A stretch of 64,000 nt of DNA from Octopus vulgaris (GCA_951406725.2 OX597834.1:13020001-13084000); one strand, 5' to 3'. Shown: positions 28,911-42,327, counted from the stretch's first letter. Numbers and translations: made by a program. Notes: generated by a model from the sequence alone, not told the origin.

Positions 28911-29147
28911 TTACTCTCTTTTTACTCTTTTACTTGTTTCAGTCATTTGACTGCGGCCATGCTGGAGCAACGCCTTTTAGTCGAGCAAATCGACCCCGGG
29001 ACTTATTCTTTTGTAAGCCCAGTACTTTTTCTATCGGTCTCTTTTGCCGATCCGCTAAATGACGGGGACGTAAACACACCAGCATCGGTTGTCAAGCAAT
29101 GCTAGGGGGACAAACAGACACACAAACTAACACAAAAACACACACAA

Positions 29148-29178
<31 letters not shown>

Positions 29179-29334
29179 CGACAGGCTTCTTTCAGTTTCC
29201 GTCTACCAAATCCACTCACAAGGCATTGGTCGGCCCGGGGCTATAGCAGAAGACACTTGCCCAAGATGCCACGCAGTGGCACTGAACCCGGAACCATGTG
29301 GCTGGTTAGCAAGCTACTTACCACACAGCCACTC
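28911..29334 (-). mobile_element. SINE family A, full length
   Basis: Same architecture as the other A copies. Confidence 0.92.
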
Positions 29335-29768
29335 ATTGTTGTGAAGCTTTTCATAAGGTATTTTCTTTCCTCTCTTCGATCACTTGCGTAGTAATACCTA
29401 TACATACCTACATATTATACATACATAGATATATACATATATATTAATAATGGCTGCTATACGCAATATAAAACTAAAATGGAAACAGTCAGTTGTCACT
29501 AATTTTTACTGAGTGTGCTGGATACCACCAACGTTATTAGAAATAAGAGTTAAAAATCTTTAGACTTGCATATAAGCTCATATACCGGAAAGGTAGATAG
29601 CCACCCCGTAAGCGAAGCTACATGTGGTCTAATTACTACCAAACTTGTACGATTATACACGAACTTGCAAGATTATGCTAAAATTTTAAACCAATATTAG
29701 ACATGAAGATGTTTCCCTTTTCATTGAGAAAATCATACATATTTTGTAGGAACTATCTTTATCTATGA

Positions 29769-30281
29769 CTAGCAGTATCGCCCGGCGTTGCTCGGGTTTG
29801 TAAGGGAAATAACTATGTAAGCATTTTTAGAGAGTTACTTCCCTTATAGATGCCAATTCGGGCTTTCTTAGCCATTTCTGTTTTGGTGTCTTCAAGCCAT
29901 GAAGTCGTTGTTCTAAAAGAACGCTGGTCTCCTTGACAACGCTTTACGACGTTGATTTCCTTACACTCCCTTCCCCACAGCTTCACGAGGGAGGGAAGAA
30001 GGGGGAGAAGCAAACAGGTGCAGGTGTGACCATGGACGCCAACTCCGCCGCAATTGACACACGAAAAATTATGCATTAAAATGGAATAAAAAATGATGTT
30101 AAATTATTTTTAAAATTGTAGACTCATTGTAGACGCGCACTAATACTCAGACGGGCTCGATATGAATCACGACTATAAGATACCTGAATTTGGTTAAACT
30201 GCACCGCAAAATGTGGGAGTAGTTAGGAATCTAAATCGAAGGGGACAGACACTCACACAACTACAGTTTTATATATATAGA
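29769..30281 (-). mobile_element. Non-autonomous Helitron, variant with an extra internal segment
   Basis: Minus strand TC...cccgagcaacgccggg..CTAG, A/T insertion site; same termini as 2491-2885 with about 215 bp of different interior (29849-30063). Confidence 0.85.
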
Positions 30282-30845
30282 TATACTCTCAAAAAACTAT
30301 GACAAATATATGAATCACAAGGTACAAAGAATGTAAGAAATTAAAAAAAAAATGATTCCTGCTGTTATCTTCACATGGTAAACTAACATGCATTAAAACC
30401 AAAGCAATGAAGGAAGCTGATATTTAATAACAATGAATGTGTATCGAAACAGAATTCATTCTCTTCCAGTACAGATAACATATCTTCATGCATAGCAGTG
30501 GTACTGAGTAAGATAAAGGTTTTCCGTGTAAGTTTTGAATTGCATCTCGTTGAATAACCCAGTGTGTGGAGACGAATTGCATGGCCACATGAAAGGTTTC
30601 GCAACATGTTTCAACATATCTTATACAAATACAAATGACATGCATTGTATGGGAAGTCTATCAAGGAGATGTCGAATGTAATTTATCATCCTTGACGTTC
30701 ATTATTGAGAGGCGTGAAAGAATTAATTAGATGTAAATAATATGGTAGAAATATCAGATAAATATCAGAAAATGAAAACAGGAAAAACTATTTAAAAATA
30801 TATGAAGGTGTATAATATAGGTTGTCTATGTGTGTGCGCATGTGT

Positions 30846-30902
<57 letters not shown>

Positions 30903-30921
30903 CATTTTTGAATATATATAT

Positions 30922-30970
<49 letters not shown>

Positions 30971-31131
30971 TTATATCATATCATATGTGTGTATATGTTT
31001 ACATGTGTGTGTGTGCTGTGCATGTATAAATATAGATGCATTTATTTATTGTTATCTTTTTAAACATGTATACACTCATACCTCATACATGTATACACTC
31101 ATACATGTTTGTTCGGTGTATATTAGTATCT

Positions 31132-31200
<69 letters not shown>

Positions 31201-31562
31201 GTCTACGAAGTATTCGGGTGATTTGCTTAACGGCGATTTCATAAATGAGTTAGCCTTCGCAATTTTTTCTTTGTTTAAAATTTGCCTAGTATACGAAGTG
31301 ACTCTTCCATTTGGAGTATTTTGACAAGCTCAGAAACTAAATGTATAACTTAAAAACTACGACGTAAAGAAAATACAAGACATTAAATATCTATATAGGC
31401 AAATGGCCATTACCCGGTCACCTACACGTACACGCAAAGGAAGAGTTATACATAATTATAAATCCATAGATTTAAATATATTCATCTATATTTAAAAAAA
31501 TTAAAAAGACAGTTCACCTCTTTTTGATTGATATGCATTTTCAAATCTCGAAACTAAATGTC

Positions 31563-31594
<32 letters not shown>

Positions 31595-31596
<2 letters not shown>

Positions 31597-31926
31597 TACG
31601 GAGATGTACTCGCATAGCAAGTAATTTGATCTGAGATCGTGTGCTGAAACGAAAACAATTGCAGCGTGGAAGGTGTTTATAAGCCATTTAAGAAACACAC
31701 AAAAGCCGTTCGATTCACTCCAACATTTAAGTTTAATTTGTCAAAATATTTTCGTCGCTAAAATCCACGACCTGTTCACTGATGCAGCACGGACTTTGTC
31801 AGTGAACAGGTCGCGGATTTTAGCGACGAAAATATTTTGACAAATTAAACTTAAATGTTGGAGTGAATCGAACGGCTTTTGTGTGTTTCTTAAATGGCTT
31901 ACAAACACCTTCCACGCTGCAATTGT
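31595..31926. mobile_element. Near-perfect fold-back element in (TA)n (PLE inverted-pLTR-like)
   Basis: Arms 31655-31782 and 31799-31926 (128 bp, two mismatches seen), 16-nt spacer; left side has an unpaired extension of about 60 bp. Confidence 0.9.
31795..31844 (+). ncRNA. Hammerhead ribozyme motif with compensated G3-C8 core
   Basis: TTTGTCA-GTGAACA-G-GTCGC(ggatttta)GCGAC-GAAA-ATATT-T^-TGACAAA: 7-bp stem I, 5-bp stem II, palindromic stem III AATATT. Confidence 0.65.
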
Positions 31927-31949
31927 ATATATATATATATAAACATATA

Positions 31950-32110
31950 TAGTTGAAATTTATGGTAAAGCAAAATACGAAGACTAGTGTGAACAAAAAT
32001 CTAGTGTATATTAGTTTGACTCTGGGGAAAATGAAAAAAGTATTTTAAGTTTCGAGCATACGCTCTTCAACAGAAAGGAATCCGAAAAAATAAAGAGAGA
32101 ATGAATTTCT
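31950..32110 (-). mobile_element. Family G PLE-like terminal fragment with variant hammerhead (32043-32076)
   Basis: Minus strand TTT-CTGTTGA-A-GAGC(gtat)GCTC-GAAA-CTTA^-AAA; homologous to 56960-57133. Confidence 0.6.
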
Positions 32111-32379
32111 TTCTAGCCTCCGAAAAGAATAATTGAGACAGAGTTTGAAACACATACAATGCTACATAAAGAACCCCCAGTCACCCATACAGGGAAAACA
32201 ATCCAAAACAACAACATCGCCATACACACAAACTGAACCCCTACATTTACATGGATAGCGCCCATACCAACAAAATAGCAACCCACATGTTTTGACCCCG
32301 GACCTGAGAAAACGGGAGACGGGTTGTAACTTGATACACAGGAGAAATCGAATGTAAATAAACTATCATATGAATCCCT

Positions 32380-33010
32380 ATCAACCACAAGGATTTATAC
32401 TGTGTTAAAATGACTAAAAGTTCCCCAAATTTAATTCAATAGCTGAGTTTCAGAATTCCGCAGGAAATTAAGTTTTACAGAAGCACTGGACAATTGTAAT
32501 AACGAAGTTGATTCACTAGTCAAAAAAAGAAGAGAACATATCCCCTACAAAGAAAAAAAAATTAAAATCTCGAACAATTCTGCAACCACATTGAAAACGT
32601 CCCTACCATACCTTGCAAAAACAAAGAAATCATTTCAAACTTCAGCACCACCCAATGGAAAGCACTAACTGAACTACAAAACAATGCAGAAATAACAATG
32701 GGAATGCGATGGTAGTAATGGACACATTTTACTACAAAAATCTAGTAGTATATATGCTACACAATGATTAACACTTAGAAAAAAAATCAATGGTTACACT
32801 CCTCCGCAAATTAATGAAACAACTTTTCACTAATACAAAGCCACAGAAAAAAATGTAACAAAAGAATAAATAGACTAAGTAGCAAACTCTAAATGTAAAC
32901 CCGGCTTATTCTATAGACAAAAACCATCAGAATATCACCAAAGGCATATATATAAAAGCACCAGGAGACCTAAAATAACGACCCATTATAGATGGAAATC
33001 CTCATGAAAC
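32380..33010 (+). pseudogene. Decayed Penelope-like reverse transcriptase N-terminal region
   Basis: 'FRRKLSFTE', 'SNFSTTQWKALTELQNNAEI..VVMD' and 'IKAPGDLK*RPIIDG' resemble PLE RT motifs (NLSxxExxALxxL, DLKxRPIxxG); frameshifted. Confidence 0.65.
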
Positions 33011-33132
33011 CATTTCTAAAATACATCTAATGTTATATCAAAGATGGTTTAAAGGCAAAGTTGACTTTGGTGGAATTTGAACTCATAACTTAAAACGATT
33101 CTGCCTTCTCGTTGCTTTAATATCGATAAAAT

Positions 33133-33326
33133 ATTTTTCTTTATTGCACACAAGGGGCTACACGTAGAGGGGACAAACAAGGGCATAACTGGTACTTACT
33201 TAATTGACCCTGAAAGGATGAAAGGCAAAGTCGACCTCGGCGGAATTTGAATTCAGAACGTAACGGCAGACGAAATACCACTAAGTATTTCGCCCAGCGT
33301 GCTATGCTTTCTACAGCTCACCGCCT
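33133..33326 (-). mobile_element. SINE family B (internal deletion)
   Basis: gaaaggatgaaaggcaaagtcgacctcggcggaatttga...cagctcaccgcc. Confidence 0.85.
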
Positions 33327-33359
33327 TTCAGTTTCTGTCTACGAGATCCACTCACCAGG

Positions 33360-33549
33360 TATTTTATAGAAATCACTCCACAAGTGCAAAATATAACTTT
33401 ACCTGTTTCCTGTTTTACTGTTTGTTGTTCTGAATTTTTGATTGCAAGAAAACAGGTTTTTGTTTGCACTTGAACTCCTTTTACAATGCAGAAATAAACT
33501 ATTAAATGTCTCCACTTATATATATCTACATACATACATACATACATAC

Positions 33550-33608
<59 letters not shown>

Positions 33609-33639
33609 GTGTGTGTGTGTGTGTATATATACACATATT

Positions 33640-33670
<31 letters not shown>

Positions 33671-33760
33671 TTATATAACTTGATTCTTTTTGATGTTACG
33701 TACTTCAGATGAAAGATACGAGTGTAGTATTAGATACACAAAAATAATTCATATAATCTG
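33360..33760 (+). repeat. Copy 1 of a local direct duplication (copy 2 at 35924-36185)
   Basis: attttatagaaatcactccac...cttcagatgaaagatacgagtgtagtattagata...atataatctga occurs twice; copy 1 has an expanded (TA)/(TG) tract. Confidence 0.85.
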
Positions 33761-33928
33761 ATGATACATGTCGGATGGGCCACGGAGGGAGACTGGACAC
33801 CGAACTATGTGGTTCGGAATCAAATTCCTTACCACACATCCACGCATCAATATTTTGTAAGTGTAAATGTGTGTACGTGATTTGTGTGTATTTCCTTTAT
33901 ATGATAGAGTAGAAAATTTCGTACACAT

Positions 33929-34091
33929 AGGCGCAGGAGTGGCTGTGTGGTAAGTAGCTTGCTTACTAGCCACATGGTTCCGGGTTCAGTCCCACTGCGT
34001 GGCACCTTGGGCAAGTGTCTTTTACTATAGCCTCGGGCCGACCAAAGCCTTGTGAGTGAATTTGGTAGACGGAAACTGAAAGAATCCCGTC

Positions 34092-34137
<46 letters not shown>

Positions 34138-34419
34138 ATGTGTGTGTGTGTGTGTGTGTGCGTGTATGTGTGTGCCTGTGTTTCTCCCTCCAATATCGCT
34201 TGACAACCGATGGTGGTGTGTTTACGTCCCCGTCACCTAGCGGTTCGGCAAAAAGAGACCGATAGTATAAGTACTGGGCTTAGAAAGAATAAGTCCTGGA
34301 GTCGATTTGCTCGACTGAATGTGGTACTCCAGCATGGCCAGTGTCAAATGACTGAAACAAGTAAAAGAGATACAGTAAAAGAGCAAAAGAGATACAGTAA
34401 AAGAGCAAAAGATATACAG
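33929..34419 (+). mobile_element. SINE family A, full length with reiterated tail
   Basis: aggcgcaggagtggctgtgtggtaag...gtaaaagagatacagtaaaagagc repeated. Confidence 0.92.
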
Positions 34420-34724
34420 AAATAGTTACCTATCTATATGGTCCAATACATATTATTTCCGTGGTGAAATATTTCATTTGAAACTGTTATGTAGATAGAG
34501 CAATATTTTTTTATTTGTATCTAACACATATTGCCAGATATTGAAAACAGGATGCAATTTATTTATTTATTTTTTTATTTTTTTATGAGAAGTAATTTAA
34601 AGAATAAGCATAAATATCAAACACGCGCACAGTGTGTTTGTGTGTGCGTGGGAAATTATCTGTACAATTCCTTTTGTATATTTGTACCCATGTTATAACG
34701 TGTGTGTGCATATATACATACATT

Positions 34725-34785
<61 letters not shown>

Positions 34786-34880
34786 AGATATATGAATATA
34801 TATACAAATATATATATATATATACATTTATATATATATTTATATATATATATATATATATATAGATATACACATACATA

Positions 34881-34930
<50 letters not shown>

Positions 34931-35923
34931 AATATATATTTATATACGCGCTTATGGAATTCAGGAAACGCACAGATATTCACAGGTATTTATGTATATG
35001 CGTACATTACCTATATATGTAAGGTACATACGCAGACATATATATATATATATTTATCAACGTAACAGTTTAAAATATTACATAAATGCATGTGTGATTA
35101 TGAGTATTGAAGTAGGCAGTTCTTATGTGGTGTGAAGACTTGGTAAATATTGCAAGAATCTAACGTGAATGAATCACAAGAGGTTTGTTTTTTGTTTTTT
35201 ATTTGTATTTTTAATATATTTCAATTTTTTTTAAAAACCTGAAAGAGAAAGCATAGTAACTTATGAAGTATCATTATTCCTGAGATTTTATTTTAGAATT
35301 TACAGCTTTCATGCTGAGATTTGAGAAGCCATTTTAAAAGTTTGTTTTACAATAAAAGGTTTGTCAATATATTCGTTTGTGACACAGAATTCGTTTTATG
35401 TTTTTCAACAGTAATAAATATGGAGAAGGCTATGGTTTTGATATATAAAAATCAAGCATATCTACATTCGTGTATGTATTATACATATACATATACCGAT
35501 ACATAGATATGAAAGTGTATGCGTGTATGTGTGTGTGTTTGTACAATGCACACACATATATATGCGTGTGTCTGTGTGTACATACATTGCTTCATTGTGT
35601 TCGTTATTGCACTTGAGTAGATATTTCTTTTGTGCTACTATTTATACTATGTCATTTATATAGTGAAATTCTGGTAATATTTTCAGAACATCACTCCACT
35701 GGTGTTTTATGCATATTTAATTCCACAAAATTATATTCAGAAAATGCATCGCATTATTTAGCATTTGACGTCGTGCCGTTTGAAAATGGAATGCAAATGA
35801 AATATACCATTGTTGATTCTGTTCCCCGTAATTACATCACCATAGATGGTCTAGAGCGTTGTTGGACGAAATATTAATATTAAATCCAAGCAGGAGCTTA
35901 TTATCAATGTGATCACATGAAAT

Positions 35924-36185
35924 ATTTTATAGAAATCACTCCACGAGTGCAACATATAACTTTACCTGCTTTGCTGTTTGCTGTTCTGAATTTTTGATTG
36001 CAAGAATACAGCTTTTTGTTTGCACTAGAAATCCTTTTCAAATATTTGTAAAGATTACAATTGCAGAAATAAGCTATTAAATGTTTCCATATATATATAT
36101 AACTTGATTCTTTTTTATGCTACATACTTCAGATGAAAGATACGAGTGTAGTATTAGATAGCAAAAAATAATCCATATAATCTGA
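35924..36185 (+). repeat. Copy 2 of a local direct duplication (copy 1 at 33360-33760)
   Basis: Colinear match to 33360-33760. Confidence 0.85.
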
Positions 36186-36299
36186 AGAGAGATGTTATGT
36201 AGTGTGTAATATTTACAAACGAGCTCTCGTTAAAGATTCTGAGAAGAAAGCATCATGATGATGTTAATAACCCCTATAAGGAAGTACTGTGTCATTGAA

Positions 36300-36720
36300 C
36301 GATGTCAATTGAGCCTTGACTAGGAGAAACTGATGTTATCAGATCGTACCAAGCGTTCATTGGGTATTTCGACCCACAACTGTAACACTCTCACTTGGGT
36401 AGGTTATGAGAGTTGGCCAAGTCACTGCTCCTCATCTCCTCCCGGTTTCAAGATTAACTCCTCTGTTTTGCTCCCAAGCAAACAAGAGGCTCCTTGAGCC
36501 GCCTGTCCCATCCGGCGCACAGCCACTCTTCATTCCTTACCTCTCATTCCAACGGTTATAAGCATCCCCCATGCGGACTGAGCAAGGAATCCACTACAGC
36601 CCACCTCAACTTGTAAAAGCTCTTCGTGCCATCTCTTCTCCCTGCAGAACTACTGAAGGCTCGCATATCTGGCATGCTTCCGGTCATGAGTCTCATCACA
36701 TCACTTTTCCTATGGGACAA
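36300..36720 (-). mobile_element. Decayed 3' end of a Hero-like (R2-group, RLE) non-LTR retrotransposon
   Basis: Minus strand 'VEVGCSGFLAQSAWGML..GMRGKE' then, after a frameshift, 'AVRRMGQAAQGASCLL', matching the VEVGCRGF...AAExASxWLW C-terminus. Confidence 0.7.
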
Positions 36721-36886
36721 TGCGTTCAATTACGATTATTTTCTTTGCATTTGTACACCACAGAACACATTTGCCGTATACTAGATAAAGCAATAACTGA
36801 AATTCTAAAAAGTTGATACATTTCTTGCGTCTAGGTATAAGTCATACAGCATAAAATAAATAAATATACGCTTAGTGAGTTACACG

Positions 36887-37109
36887 CTTTTACTTTCTTT
36901 TACTTGTTCCAGTCATTTGACTGCGGCCAAGCTGGAGCACCGCCTTTTAACCGAGCAACTCGACCGCGGGACTTATTCTTTTGTAAGCCCAGTACTTATT
37001 CTATCGGTCTCGTTTGCCGAACCGCTAAGTAACGGTGATATAAACACACCAGCATCGGTTGTCAAGCAATGCTCGGTGGACAAACACAGACACACAAACA
37101 CACACACGC

Positions 37110-37142
<33 letters not shown>

Positions 37143-37293
37143 TACGACGGGCTTCTTTTCAGTTTCCGTCTACCAAAATCCACTCACAAGGCTTTGGTCG
37201 GCCCGAGGCTATAGTAGAAGACACTTGCCCAATGTGCCACGGAACCATGTGGTTGGTAAACAAGCTACTTACCACACAGCCACTCGTGCGCCT
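36887..37293 (-). mobile_element. SINE family A (B-box region deleted)
   Basis: Same architecture as the other A copies; lacks cagtgggactgaaccc. Confidence 0.9.
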
Positions 37294-37452
37294 AGTTAGG
37301 CAATACTATACTTATTTCATCCACTGGCTGCCAGTCGTCGCAAATATTTTCTGTTAAAAATCTCCTGACTTGAACACTCCGGTCGTATTGAATATAATTA
37401 CTTACTAGAAACCTTTATGCATCCTAATGAACTTCTCGTGAATATATATGTT

Positions 37453-37485
<33 letters not shown>

Positions 37486-37534
37486 TTCAGTGTTTTCGTG
37501 CATGTGTGTGTAGATTTAGGTATGTATATATGTA

Positions 37535-37611
<77 letters not shown>

Positions 37612-37631
37612 ATATACATATATATGTATAT

Positions 37632-37699
<68 letters not shown>

Positions 37700-38264
37700 C
37701 ACGTGATGGTTTGTTACTCGTCATTAGTCTGGAGTAGCTTGGCATTGCTAGCTGTCGGTGATAAATCGACGTTGAGAAAAATAATATATATCTATATAAT
37801 ACAATTCGTCGATCGTTCTCAACAGTCAAAGGTGGATCTACCTTTGAACGTGTCGTATAGTTGCTACTATCTGGCTGTTATTTGAAAAGCGCCACCCACA
37901 TTTGCCTTTCGTACATAAAAGGTGGAGGAAAGAATGGCGGCTCTCTTACGTTTTTAGTCTCCATCGTGATGCATTGCTGAGTTTACCCGAAGTTTCACTT
38001 CTTCCAATATTATGCGTGACTATTTGCGATGCGTTGATAATTTCTTTTGGCCAGATTTGGTAGTGTACAAGATGAAAAATTATGAAGGACCGCTCAAAAT
38101 GGACTCAGTGCCAAATTTGTCATGGCAAACCTTGAAAATCAGAATATTTTTGAAAGTGTGGGTTGTGAAAACTGTCAAGATAACATAAACGACTACGATA
38201 TAGAAATTAAGTTTAATTGCAAATTCATTTCATTTATAATATTCATTAATGTATTGATGTATAC

Positions 38265-38734
38265 TTGTACTGGTATAAATGATGGGCTACAGCAAATATT
38301 CTACTCAATACCACAGATTTGCTTGTCGGTTGTTTGACCATAACCAGTTGAGCATGGCCCTTAGTGGCTGAGGTTACGTGCATCTCTGATCATGAGCAGG
38401 AGTAATGGGGGGAGCATAAGAGCCATGTGTCGAGAGGAATTATTTGAGGTTTGGATAATTCACCTTTGGAATCATGGTTAACATCCTTTAACAAGCCTTA
38501 TTCAGGGACCCTTTGAGGGGGGTGGGGTACTCAAAGTGAAGGAAATTCTAACTGTGCCCCACCAGCAAGATCATGCACTGTTTATCTTGATATGTGATCA
38601 GCATATCACATACATATGTTCGTGATGCATGTGTCTGGTGTCCCCTTATCAGACGGGTAGTCATGATGGGTATACTGGGTATCGTATATTTTACCCCAGT
38701 GTCACTTTGATGAAGGCATGCACTGGTCTCACAA

Positions 38735-38735
<1 letters not shown>
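38265..38735 (+). mobile_element. Family E dispersed repeat ending in an (ACT)n/(AAT)n tail (non-LTR 3' end or SINE)
   Basis: Homologous to 23570-23830, 17688-17799 and 18032-18127; the 3' end always abuts a trinucleotide tract. Confidence 0.75.
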
Positions 38736-38779
<44 letters not shown>

Positions 38780-38803
38780 AACTACTCCTACTACTACTAC
38801 TAT

Positions 38804-38881
<78 letters not shown>

Positions 38882-38883
38882 TA

Positions 38884-38983
<100 letters not shown>

Positions 38984-38988
38984 GACGA

Positions 38989-39219
38989 GGCGGCGAGCTG
39001 GCAGAAACGTTAGCACGCCGGGCGAAATGCGTAGCTGTATTTCGTCTGTCGTCACGTTCCGAGTTCAAATTCCGCCGAGGTCGACTTTGCCTTTCATCCT
39101 TTCGGGGTCGATAAATTAAGTACCAGTTACACACTGGGGTCGATATAATCGACTTAATCCGTTCGTCTGTCCTTGTTTGTCCCGTCTGTGTTTAGCCCCT
39201 TGTGGGTAGTAAAGAAATA
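38989..39219 (+). mobile_element. SINE family B monomer
   Basis: Full head and body; TSD-like atacgacga at 38980-38988 and 39226-39234. Confidence 0.92.
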
Positions 39220-40034
39220 TATATAATACGACGAAATGTAATACAAATGTCATTATATACATGTTGTGTGTGTGTGCATCTTTCATGCGTACGCACCGAC
39301 GTAGGGAAACACACACACCATATGCATACACAGACGGTGTGGGAAACGGACTGACTGATGGACTAATTCAACCGCGGCTGACAAGGTTAATAGATATGAA
39401 AATCATAGAAACAATGTGTAAAATATCTCATGCTGTTCCTGTAAGGTCAAATCCTCTACTTTGCCTAATATCAATATTCATAAAATTTATTTCCATATTC
39501 ATAGATTGAGAACCCGGAGTTGATACTGTATAGTTTTCCATTGCTTTGCTATTCTACAGATATATTGATTACGGAAACTTAAATTGATCTCTTTAACTTC
39601 ACGTGCGTTCAAATATCTGAGACCTCTATAATTGTATACATATATATTTCTTCATAGATATATATATATATTCCTGTCTTTCCTTGAGCTATGTTCTACT
39701 TGGCTATTTGTGTACAACACAACATATATTCGCCCGACTATGGAAAGTTTCCTGAAGAAATTCAATGGCAATTTAATGAAATAATTCTAAATTTTTTTGG
39801 GCTAGAGAATGAATAATGTGTATATGATAGTGAAACAGAGAGAATTGATTATTGTCAATTAAAATCTCGTTTATCACTGCAGTATAAAGATCATCACTTT
39901 TAGATATGTGCTGTGTGTACTATTAACTGAAAAATATTTATTCAGATAATGGTGATATTCCCATTAGAATGAGGTCGTGATGCATAAAATAACCAACAGA
40001 TTCTGCAAAATTTTAAAGAAATCAGCGTACACAT

Positions 40035-40097
<63 letters not shown>

Positions 40098-40278
40098 CAT
40101 ATAAATGTGAGTGTGTGTGTAAGTACATACATACCTATACACACATATGTATATATATGTATGTCTATGCATTTGTTTCTGAGCGGGTATATCTAAATAT
40201 ATATTTTTGGTTCACAGTGATTCATCCTGCGCACAAAATATCTTTCGAAATATTGAGAATTTTGTAAAGTGCATGTTT

Positions 40279-40687
40279 AGGCGCATGAGTGGCTGTGTGG
40301 TAAGTAGCTTGCTAATCAACCACATGGTTCCGGGTTCAGTCCCGCTGCGTGGCATCTTGGGCAAGTGTCTTCTGCTATAGCCCCGGGCCGACCAATGCCT
40401 TGTGAGTGGATTTGGTAGACGGAAACTGAAAGAAGCCTGTCGTATATATGTATATATATATGTATATATGTGTATGTGTGTGTGTTTGTCCCCCTAGCAT
40501 TGCTTGACAACTGATGCTGGTGTGTTTACGTCCCCGTCACTTAGCGGTTCGGCAAAAGATACGTTAGAATAAGTACTGGGCTTACAAATAATAAGTCCCG
40601 GGGTCGATTTGCTCGACTAAAGGCGGTGCTCCAGCATGGCCGCAGTCAAATGACTGAAACAAGTAAAAGAGTAAAAGAGTAAAGAGT
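40279..40687 (+). mobile_element. SINE family A, full length
   Basis: Same architecture as the other A copies; (gtaaaaga)n tail. Confidence 0.92.
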
Positions 40688-41276
40688 ATATATACATATA
40701 AATCTGCAACTACCACTCTATCTATCTTTCTATCTATCTACATAAAATTCATAATGTGTGTCTGTCCATCCGTCTGTCTCTCTGACTGTCTGATTGTGTG
40801 CTTCACTACAATTCTATAACGACCCAGCCAATCTCATTCAAATTTTATACAAGGCTTACTTAGGGCCCATGCAGTGTAATGGGTGCTAAACGCTTTCCAA
40901 CTTCTTGCCTTATGCGAGCTCGAAAGAGTCTCTTTTCTCTTACTTTATTTCAGTATTACGTGTCAAAAGTGAGAAAGTAACTTCCACATTGTTATGCGAG
41001 ATAATTCTTTCAGTTTTCAGAGTTTCAATATTAATAATGAAACTATTATCTCACTTACATATATACATGCATACCTGTATATATAGGTATATATGCATAT
41101 ATATACATATGTGTGTGTGTGTATATACAATATATATATATATATACATGTATACATATATATATATATATGTAAATATATATGGATGCATGTATATATG
41201 TGTAAATATATATGTGTACACATATATGTATGTATATATATATGTGAGTGTAAATATATATATATATGTATGTATA

Positions 41277-41910
41277 ATACAAATGGGACAAGAATGCAAA
41301 AAAAACGGATAATTAGGTGATACAAGAAAGGGGCAGCAAAACATCTAGATAGATGATAGAAAGAAAAAACGACGGGTCATTCGGAGTTTTCTTTCCTCAG
41401 TCAAGTTCAATAGTATCCTTGCAATTTCGGCTGGTTATACTCGAGCTTGCTTCAATCTGGCCAGCCCCAACGAAAAACTAAGCTAAAAGCATTAGATTCC
41501 TTGGAAGAAAGCAGCGAACGCATACAAAAACAAAGACGCCCCCCTCGGAAATCTCGTATCCCTGCTGTAAGTCTTTACTTCCACACATGCTAGCTTCATT
41601 TAATTCCTCCTTAGTCGAAAGAAAACTGTTGATATGTCCTGTTATTTGTATTTGTGTAACGTTCTCCGTTTTTTCGCCCATTTTTTTGTATACATTCGCT
41701 GCTAAGGAATCTAATGCTCTTACTTGCTTTTACTTGGAGCTGGAATATAACCAACCGAAATCGCAAAGATGATCTGGAACTCGACTGAGGAAAGAAAACT
41801 TCGAATGACCCGTCCTTGTTTTCTCTGTATCGTCTATCTCGATTTTCTATTGTCTCTTTCTTGTATCACCTAACAGTCTGGATGTGTTGCGTTCTTGCCC
41901 CAATTTGTAT
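41277..41910. mobile_element. Diverged fold-back element in (TA)n
   Basis: Arms about 41277-41530 and 41682-41910 (ttaggtgatacaagaaag/ctttcttgtatcacctaa; gacgggtcattcg/cgaatgacccgtc; agcattagattcctt/aaggaatctaatgct). Confidence 0.85.
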
Positions 41911-41923
41911 ATGTATATATGTA

Positions 41924-41988
<65 letters not shown>

Positions 41989-42035
41989 GTATATATATGT
42001 GTATATATATATGTATATATATATATGTATATATG

Positions 42036-42111
<76 letters not shown>

Positions 42112-42117
42112 TATATA

Positions 42118-42327
42118 ATGACAAAGGGTAAAATTAATTAATTAAGAACTATTCAGTAATTTCACAAAGTTGAATTTGGCATGAAAAAGACCATTTCATG
42201 GTAAGCGTAAGTAATACTTTATAATTAGTGTTCAGCAAAGATTTTAAAGTAGAAGGAATAGCTAAGATTTTTTGACTGCATTTTCTAAACTTCGGTATGT
42301 GGTGAAACAAATCTTTGCTGAACCCTA

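Noticed and set aside
39748-39792. CTGAAGA...GAAATAATTC as a hammerhead
   Set aside because: Stem II does not abut GAAA and stem I is not formed.
40725-41050. Possible older Helitron 5' end (tctatctacataaaa..tgtgtgtctgtc)
   Set aside because: No 3' hairpin/CTAG end found and no second copy in the window.
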